Part shown: piece after piece, positions 57,736-64,000 of the stretch
Numbering within the stretch: position 1 is the stretch's first letter
Layout of the letters: each line of letters starts with the position of its first letter
Source: Gammaproteobacteria bacterium
GTDB lineage: Bacteria > Pseudomonadota > Gammaproteobacteria > Natronospirales > JAIVGZ01
NCBI GenBank assembly: GCA_040882865.1
Contig: JBBEAN010000008.1
Location: 556,437 to 620,436, forward strand
Direction: 5' to 3'
Length of the DNA stretch: 64,000 nt
Notes under the pieces: generated by a model
The model's input: only the letters and a program-made list of their open reading frames with translations
What the model was told of the DNA's origin: nothing
Database searches by the model: none
Program-made: the position numbers and the translations under genes

Positions 57736-60412
57736 CGGCGTGCGTGGCCTTCAACGGCGACGCCTTGTCGGCATCGATCCGATATTTCGTCATGGCCTCG
57801 GTCACGGTCTTCATCGAGATCGTGCCGTCGTCCGCGAGCGCGCGCAGCGCCGCGATCGTGATCCAGCGGCGGTCGACCTCGAAGAAGTGCCTCAGCTGTT
57901 CGCGCGAATCGCTACGACCGAAGCCGTCGGTGCCGAGCACCGTGTAGCGACCACGCACCCACGGTCGGACCTGGTCGGCGACCGCGCGCATATAGTCGGT
58001 CGCAGCAACCACCGGCCCGTCGGTGTCATCGAGGCACTCGGCGACGTACGCGCGCTGTGGGGTCTTCGCGCCGGGGTTCAACAGATTCCAACGGTCGGCT
58101 GCGATGCCGTCGCGGCGCAGTTCATTGAAACTCGTCGCACTCCAGACGTCGGCTTCGACGCCCCAGTCGTCGCGCAGCCATTCGGCCGCGGCGATGACTT
58201 CGCGCAGGATGGTGCCGCTGCCGAGCAACTGCACGCGGGCCTTCGCTTTCTTCTTGCCCTCGCTGAATCGATACAGGCCCTTGAGGATGCCGGGCGCCGC
58301 GCCGTCGGGCATCGCCGGATGCGTGTAATTCTCGTTCATCATCGTGATGTAATAGAAAACGTTCTCGTAATCGGTGTACATGCGGCGCAAGCCGTCATGG
58401 ATGATCACCGCAAGTTCGTACGCGAACGTCGGGTCGTAGCTGATGCAGTTCGGAACCGTTGACGACAACAAGTGACTGTGGCCGTCCTGATGCTGCAGGC
58501 CCTCGCCGTTCAGCGTCGTGCGGCCGGCGGTCCCGCCGAGCAGGAAGCCACGCGCGCCCGCGTCGCCAGCGGCCCACGCGAGGTCGCCGATGCGCTGGAA
58601 GCCGAACATCGAATAGAACAGGAAGAACGGAATCGTCGGCACGCCGTGGTTCGCGTACGCGGTCGCCGCGGCGATCCACGAACTCATCGAGCCGGCTTCT
58701 GTGATGCCCTCCTGCAGTATCTGCCCGTCCTTGCTCTCCTTGTAGAACATCAGCTGGTCGGCGTCCTGCGGCGTGTAAAGCTGGCCTTGCGACGAATAGA
58801 TGCCGAGTTGGCGGAACATGCCTTCCATGCCGAAAGTCCGTGCCTCGTCCGGCACGATCGGCACGATGTACTTGCCGACCTTCTTGTCCTTCAGCAGCGC
58901 GTTCAGGATGCGCACGACCGCCATCGTCGACGAGATCTCGCGATCACCGCTCGATTCGAGTTGCGACTTGAACAGCTCGAGCGACGGCATCTCGAGCGAA
59001 GGCTTCTCGGTGCTGCGCGCGGGCAGATAGCCGCCGAGCTTCTCGCGCTGTTCCTGCAGGTATTTGAGCTCCGGGCTGTCGTCGGCCGGCTTGCAGAACG
59101 GGATGCTCGCGATCTGGTCGTCGCTGACGGGGATGTTGAAGCGGTCGCGGAATGCCTTCAGCGCGTCCTCGTCCATTTTCTTGGATTGATGCGCCGTGTT
59201 CTGGCCTTCACCTGCGGCACCCATGCCGAAGCCCTTCACCGTCTTCGCGAGGATGACGGTCGGCTGGCCGGTATGCTCCATCGCGGCCTTGTATGCAGTA
59301 TTCACTTTGCGCGCGTCGTGCCCGCCGCGGTTCAGGCGCCAGATTTCCTCGTCGCTCATGTTCGCGACCATTTCTTTCAGCTCGGGATATTTGCCGAAGA
59401 AATTCTCGCGCGTGTACGCACCGCCCTTCGCCTTGTAGTTCTGGTACTCGCCGTCGACGGATTCTTCCATCACACGGCGCAATTGGCCGAGTCGGTCACG
59501 CTCGAGCAGCGGGTCCCAACGCGAGCCCCACAGCACCTTGATGACGTTCCAGCCGGAACCGCGGAAGCTCGCTTCGAGTTCCTGGATGATCTTGCCGTTG
59601 CCGCGCACCGGGCCGTCGAGCCGCTGCAGGTTGCAGTTCACGACGAAGACAAGGTTATCGAGGCCTTCGCGACCGGCGAGGCTCGTCGCGCCGAGTGATT
59701 CCGGCTCGTCCATTTCACCATCGCCGAGGAACGCCCACACTTTGCGCTTCGAGGTGTCGGAAAGTCCGCGGTGCTCGAGGTAGCGCATGAATCGCGCTTG
59801 GTAGATCGCCATGATCGGCCCAAGCCCCATCGATACCGTCGGGAATTGCCAGAAGTTCGGCATGATCCACGGGTGCGGATACGACGTGATGCCCTTGCCG
59901 TCGACGTCTTCGCGGTAATGCGCGAGCTGCTCGCGCGTGAGACGCCCTTCGAGGAACGCGCGCGCGTAGATACCGGGCGAACTGTGGCCCTGGATGTAGA
60001 CGAGGTCGCCGCCGTGTTCATCGGACGGCGCGTGCCAGTAATGGTTGAAGCCGACTTCGTACAGGATCGCTGACGACGCGTAGGTGGAGATATGCCCCCC
60101 GAGGTCCGTGCCCTTACGGTTCGCGTGCACGACCATCGCCATCGCGTTCCAGCGGATGTACGCCTCGATACGCTTCTCGAGTTCGCGGTTCCCGGGGTAC
60201 TGCGCGTCGAGGTGCGGCGGAATCGTGTTCACGTAAGCGGTGTTCTGCGAGAACGGCAGGTGGGTGCCCTCGCGGCGCGCGCGGTCAATCAATTGCTCGA
60301 GCAGGAAGTGGGCGCGCTCGGGGCCTTCGACCGCGAGGACGGCTTCCATCGCATCCAGCCACTCACGGGTTTCGGTCGGGTCGGTGTCGCGCGCTGTGCG
60401 TTCGTCTGCCAT
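57728..60412 (-). CDS. aceE: pyruvate dehydrogenase E1 component (homodimeric type)
   Basis: 894 aa. N-terminus [18 protein letters not shown], ThDP motif region [10 protein letters not shown]. 8-nt overlap with aceF. Confidence 0.95.
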   Translation of the reverse strand: MADERTARDTDPTETREWLDAMEAVLAVEGPERAHFLLEQLIDRARREGTHLPFSQNTAYVNTIPPHLDAQYPGNRELEKRIEAYIRWNAMAMVVHANRKGTDLGGHISTYASSAILYEVGFNHYWHAPSDEHGGDLVYIQGHSSPGIYARAFLEGRLTREQLAHYREDVDGKGITSYPHPWIMPNFWQFPTVSMGLGPIMAIYQARFMRYLEHRGLSDTSKRKVWAFLGDGEMDEPESLGATSLAGREGLDNLVFVVNCNLQRLDGPVRGNGKIIQELEASFRGSGWNVIKVLWGSRWDPLLERDRLGQLRRVMEESVDGEYQNYKAKGGAYTRENFFGKYPELKEMVANMSDEEIWRLNRGGHDARKVNTAYKAAMEHTGQPTVILAKTVKGFGMGAAGEGQNTAHQSKKMDEDALKAFRDRFNIPVSDDQIASIPFCKPADDSPELKYLQEQREKLGGYLPARSTEKPSLEMPSLELFKSQLESSGDREISSTMAVVRILNALLKDKKVGKYIVPIVPDEARTFGMEGMFRQLGIYSSQGQLYTPQDADQLMFYKESKDGQILQEGITEAGSMSSWIAAATAYANHGVPTIPFFLFYSMFGFQRIGDLAWAAGDAGARGFLLGGTAGRTTLNGEGLQHQDGHSHLLSSTVPNCISYDPTFAYELAVIIHDGLRRMYTDYENVFYYITMMNENYTHPAMPDGAAPGILKGLYRFSEGKKKAKARVQLLGSGTILREVIAAAEWLRDDWGVEADVWSATSFNELRRDGIAADRWNLLNPGAKTPQRAYVAECLDDTDGPVVAATDYMRAVADQVRPWVRGRYTVLGTDGFGRSDSREQLRHFFEVDRRWITIAALRALADDGTISMKTVTEAMTKYRIDADKASPLKATHADV

Positions 60413-60489
60413 GCCGGGGAGTGGGCCTTATGCGTTAACGGGACCTGTTATCATCGGCGTTTGCCGGTCCGCGGTCAAGGCGATAAGCA

Positions 60490-61995
60490 ATGAACACAAC
60501 GCTCCCAACCCTCGAAAAAATAGCGATAAAACAGTCAACGACGAAGGCCTCGGAACGCCGCATCGATACGTTGCCGCAACTGCTGTTGATCGTACCCAAG
60601 ACAAAGCGCGCGCACGTCGCGGACTCCGTGCCGTACGCGGATGCGCTCAACACGCGACTCTCGCGCGGCGGCTGGTCGAAGACGCCATCGCACGCGGTCG
60701 TCGAACTCCCGAACGAACGCGCGACGCGCGTCGTAGTCGGTTTCGTCGATAAGGAGGTCGATGCATTCGCCCGTCAAGCGGCCGCGCGCAAGCTCGTCGC
60801 CGCGGCGCGTTTCGAATCAGCGACCGCCATGACCGTCCTCATCGACGGCGTCCAAGGCGCGTCCGCTTGGGCCGAAGCCGTGGTGCTCGCTGCCGGCGCA
60901 GCGTCGTTCGAGCTCGCCAATTTCAAACAGAAGAAAACGCCGCGCAAGCCGCTGAAGCAGATTGAGTTCCTCGCGCTGCCGGCGCGTCATGATTTCGCGC
61001 ACACGCTCGCCGCGGTCCACGGCAATAACCTCGCGCGTTGGTTGTCCGCGCTGCCGCCGAACGCGCTGACCCCGGCGAAGTACCGCCGCTACATCGCGCA
61101 GCTCGCGAAGCGCTACGGCTGGCAGGTCGAGACGATGGGTGAGGTCGCGCTCGCGAAAAAGGGTTGCGGTGCGTTCCTCGCCGTGGTCCAGGGCAGTCCT
61201 GACCGGGACGCCGCGCTGGTGCGTGTGAAATACCGTCCAAAGAAATCGACGCAGCGCACGCTCGCGCTCGTCGGCAAGGGCCTTTGCTATGACACGGGTG
61301 GCGTCAATGTGAAGCCGGCGCGCTACATGTTCGGCATGCACGAGGACATGCTCGGCTCGTCGGTCGCGCTCGGCACACTGCTTGCGCTGACCGAACTCGA
61401 AGCTCCGTTCGCGGTCGACTGTTGGCTCGCGCTCGCGCAGAACCACATCGGACCGGATGCGTACAAGCCGAACGACGTCGTGACGGCGTGCGACGGCACG
61501 ACGATCGAAGTCGTACACACGGATGCAGAGGGGCGCATGGTCCTCGCCGATACGCTCGCGCTCGTCCGCAAATCGAAGCCCGCTCTCGCGATCGACTTCG
61601 CGACGCTGACGGGAAGTTGCGTCGCTGCGCTCGGCACGCGTTACTCCGGTGTGTTCACTAACGACGACGCGCTGCATGAGCCGCTCATCGCGGCCGGCAA
61701 GGCGAGCGGCGAGCGTGTGTGGCCGTTCCCACAGGACGCCGATTACGACAAGGCGCTCGACAGCGACGTTGCGGACATCAAACAGTGCAGCCTTGAAAAC
61801 GATGCAGACCACATCCTCGCCGCGCGCTTCCTGTCGCGGTTCATCGGCAAGGACGTACCGTGGGTGCACGTCGACCTGTCGGCCGGCAATACCAAGGGCG
61901 GCCTCGGCGCGGTGCCGACCGAGAGTACGGGCTTCGGCGTGCGCTTCACGCTCGAGGCGTTGCTGGGTCCGAGGTCAATTCTCTCCGCGAAATAA
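60490..61995 (+). CDS. M17 family leucyl aminopeptidase-like protein
   Basis: VGKGLCYDTGGVNVKP and the NTDAEGR-type motif VHTDAEGRMVLAD. 501 aa. Confidence 0.8.
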   Translation: MNTTLPTLEKIAIKQSTTKASERRIDTLPQLLLIVPKTKRAHVADSVPYADALNTRLSRGGWSKTPSHAVVELPNERATRVVVGFVDKEVDAFARQAAARKLVAAARFESATAMTVLIDGVQGASAWAEAVVLAAGAASFELANFKQKKTPRKPLKQIEFLALPARHDFAHTLAAVHGNNLARWLSALPPNALTPAKYRRYIAQLAKRYGWQVETMGEVALAKKGCGAFLAVVQGSPDRDAALVRVKYRPKKSTQRTLALVGKGLCYDTGGVNVKPARYMFGMHEDMLGSSVALGTLLALTELEAPFAVDCWLALAQNHIGPDAYKPNDVVTACDGTTIEVVHTDAEGRMVLADTLALVRKSKPALAIDFATLTGSCVAALGTRYSGVFTNDDALHEPLIAAGKASGERVWPFPQDADYDKALDSDVADIKQCSLENDADHILAARFLSRFIGKDVPWVHVDLSAGNTKGGLGAVPTESTGFGVRFTLEALLGPRSILSAK

Positions 61996-62158
61996 CGAGT
62001 ATGAGGTGCCCGCGGCCGCTACGGGCTGCGCACCTCGAGCCGTTCGCTGTCTGTGCTTAAAACCGTCAGGTGGCCTCCGGGAACCCGACTCACTATCGAG
62101 GTGCGAGCCACGCTGCGCGGCTTCGCGGCATGCTCACTACACCATCGCGTGGGTGCGA

Positions 62159-62187
62159 CAGGTGGGAGCGGCGCTCTGCGCCGCGAT
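62159..62187 (-). repeat. REP element, orientation B, 3-nt loop
   Basis: CAGGTGGGAGCGGCGCTCTGCGCCGCGAT. Lies 12 nt upstream of the pyrC ATG. Confidence 0.9.
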
Positions 62188-62198
62188 AGGGGCTTATA

Positions 62199-63242
62199 AT
62201 GCCCGCGATGGATTCTCTGACGATCACCCGACCGGACGACTGGCACCTGCACCTGCGCGACGGCGCTGCGATGGCGTCGATCCTGCCGCACAGCGCCGCG
62301 CAGTTCGCGCGCGCAATCGTGATGCCCAACCTCAAACCGCCCGTCACGACCGTTGCGCTGGCGCGCGCGTACCGCGACCGTATTCTCGCGGCGCGGCCGA
62401 ACGGCTCGACGTTCGAGCCCCTGATGACGCTGTACCTGACCGACAACACCCGCGCGACCGAAATTCTCGCGGCGAAGGACAGCGGGTTCGTACACGCGGT
62501 GAAACTCTACCCCGCCGGCGCGACCACGAACTCTGACGCAGGCGTCACCGATCTCGACAAGGCCATGCCTGCGCTCGAAGCCATGGCCGAGTGCGGCCTG
62601 CCGCTACTTGTTCACGGCGAGGTCACCGACCCGGGTATCGACCCGTTCGATCGCGAGGCCGTCTTCCTCGAGCGTGTGCTCGCACCGCTCGTCGCGCGCC
62701 TACCGACTTTGAAAATCGTGCTCGAACACGCGACGACACAGGAGGCCGTCGACTTCGTGCGCGACGCGCCTTCGACCGTCGCCGCGACGATCACCGCGCA
62801 CCATTTACTGCACGACCGCGCCGACCTGTTCCGCGGCGGGCTCCGTCCGCATTATTTCTGCCTTCCCGTGCTGAAACGCGCGCACCACCGCGAGGCGCTC
62901 ATCGCCGCAGCGACCGCAGGCGACTCGAAATTTTTCCTCGGCACCGACAGTGCACCGCACGCGCGTGCGGACAAAGAAAGTGATTGCGGCTGCGCAGGTA
63001 TCTACACCGCGCACGCGGCGCTCGAACTCTACGCGGAGGTCTTCGACACCGCAGGACGTCTCGATCATCTCGAGGGTTTTGCGTCGCACTACGGGGCGGA
63101 CTTCTACGGTCTGCCCCGCAATGAAGGGACCGTTACGCTCGCGCGCGATGCATGGACGGTACCGGCGAATTACGCACTCGGCGACGGCACGGTCGTGCCG
63201 CTACGGGCGAACGAGAATATCCTCTGGCGACTCACTGCTTAA
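62199..63242 (+). CDS. pyrC: dihydroorotase (homodimeric class II type)
   Basis: [39 protein letters not shown]. Start is ATG 62199 or 62208. Confidence 0.95.
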   Translation: MPAMDSLTITRPDDWHLHLRDGAAMASILPHSAAQFARAIVMPNLKPPVTTVALARAYRDRILAARPNGSTFEPLMTLYLTDNTRATEILAAKDSGFVHAVKLYPAGATTNSDAGVTDLDKAMPALEAMAECGLPLLVHGEVTDPGIDPFDREAVFLERVLAPLVARLPTLKIVLEHATTQEAVDFVRDAPSTVAATITAHHLLHDRADLFRGGLRPHYFCLPVLKRAHHREALIAAATAGDSKFFLGTDSAPHARADKESDCGCAGIYTAHAALELYAEVFDTAGRLDHLEGFASHYGADFYGLPRNEGTVTLARDAWTVPANYALGDGTVVPLRANENILWRLTA

Positions 63243-63273
63243 TCGCGGCGCGAAGGCGCCGCTCCTACAATTG
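63240..63273 (+). repeat. REP element, orientation A, overlapping the pyrC stop codon
   Basis: TAATCGCGGCGCGAAGGCGCCGCTCCTACAATTG. The TAA at 63240-42 is the pyrC stop. Confidence 0.9.
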
Positions 63274-63288
63274 CTGTTAAGCTGAGGT

Positions 63289-63924
63289 ATGGATTCCGAG
63301 TCACCGCGTTCCCCGCTTGCCACCCGATTTCGTGGATTTCTCCCGGTCGTCATCGACCTTGAGACCGGCGGTTTCAATGCACGTACCGACGCGCTGCTGG
63401 AGATTGCGGCCGTCACGCTTGAGGTCGACCGCGACGGTCAACTGAAGCGCCACTCGACGACCGCGTACCACGTACAACCGTTCCCCGGCGCGAACCTCGA
63501 GCCCGCATCGCTCGAAATCACCGGCATCGACCCGTACCATCCCCTGCGACCCGCACTCCCCGAAGAAGAGGCGTTACGGCGCATCTTTCGAGAAGTACGG
63601 CGCGCGGTGAAAGAAGCGGATTGCACGCGCGCGATCCTGGTCGGTCACAATGCGTGGTTCGACCTCGCGTTCCTGAACGCCGCCATCGAGCGCACCGGAA
63701 TCAAACGCAGCCCTTTCCACCCATTCAGCTCGTTCGATACGGTCACGCTCGCCGGCATCGCGGTCGGGCAGACCGTACTCGCTCGCGCCGTCGAGGCCGT
63801 CGGGATGAAGTGGGATGCGCGCGAGGCACACTCGGCGGTCTACGACGCCGAGCAGACGGCAGACCTGTTCTGCCTACTCGTCAATCAAATGTCTGAAGTT
63901 TACGGGATGATGAACAAGCGCTAG
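63289..63924 (+). CDS. rnt: ribonuclease T
   Basis: DEDDh exonuclease motifs ([39 protein letters not shown]). GAGG RBS. Confidence 0.9.
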   Translation: MDSESPRSPLATRFRGFLPVVIDLETGGFNARTDALLEIAAVTLEVDRDGQLKRHSTTAYHVQPFPGANLEPASLEITGIDPYHPLRPALPEEEALRRIFREVRRAVKEADCTRAILVGHNAWFDLAFLNAAIERTGIKRSPFHPFSSFDTVTLAGIAVGQTVLARAVEAVGMKWDAREAHSAVYDAEQTADLFCLLVNQMSEVYGMMNKR

Positions 63925-64000
63925 CGCGCGAGCGCTTTGTCGACTTCCTGCTTCAATTCGCCGTTGTTGTACATCTGAACCACGATGTCGCACCCACCGA
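63921..64000 (-). CDS. grxD: monothiol glutaredoxin (Grx4 family), 3' fragment
   Basis: The minus strand reads ...[25 protein letters not shown]-stop, the typical Grx4 C-terminus. Runs off the right window edge. Confidence 0.6.
   Translation of the reverse strand, partial: GGCDIVVQMYNNGELKQEVDKALAR

Noticed and set aside
62195-62200. Perfect TATAAT 7 nt upstream of ATG 62208, suggesting a leaderless pyrC mRNA
   Set aside because: There is no credible -35 or extended -10 element at the right spacing, since the upstream 30 nt are REP sequence. A single hexamer match is not sufficient.

Overview
GC-rich chromosomal segment whose gene content and synteny look like a free-living gammaproteobacterium: hda/CDP-alcohol transferase/DUF2066, purMN-DUF3108, dcd-apbC, metG-rnfABCDGE-nth, aceE-aceF-lpd. 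I call about 76 tightly packed CDS. I found no rRNA, tRNA, CRISPR array, transposase, integrase or phage genes. Bases 1-22,900 carry signalling and envelope genes: a Kv-type K+ channel, an HD-GYP protein, a CHASE3-GGDEF protein, a sigma-54 two-component system, peptidases, a BCCT transporter and MoxR-DUF58-TgpA. The rest is mostly housekeeping. Three things stand out. (1) A translationally coupled seven-gene operon at 48026-51932 encodes a secreted precursor with five EGKCG motifs, a DUF692 (MNIO) maturase, a DUF2063 partner, DoxX, an ECF sigma/anti-sigma pair and a HIT protein. I read it as an oxazolin/bufferin-type RiPP metallophore locus that routine annotation would leave as hypothetical or DUF genes. 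(2) A roughly 30-bp REP family (consensus AATCGCGGCGCAAAGGCGCCGCTCCTACAGGTG, 7-bp GC hairpin) occurs about 28 times between 22.9 and 63.3 kb. Different copies carry compensatory stem changes. About a third of the copies lie in frame inside genes, where they encode the inter-domain linkers of aceF and lpdA, a linker in a family-4 UDG, two loops of RnfC and the apparent signal peptide of a DUF3108 protein. No REP-associated transposase (RAYT) is present in the window. (3) A ZraPSR-like module: a canonical sigma-54 promoter drives a very acidic, repeat-containing DUF4168 secreted protein, divergent from an NtrC-type kinase/regulator pair. All product calls come from motifs read by eye in the supplied translations. 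No database search was run.
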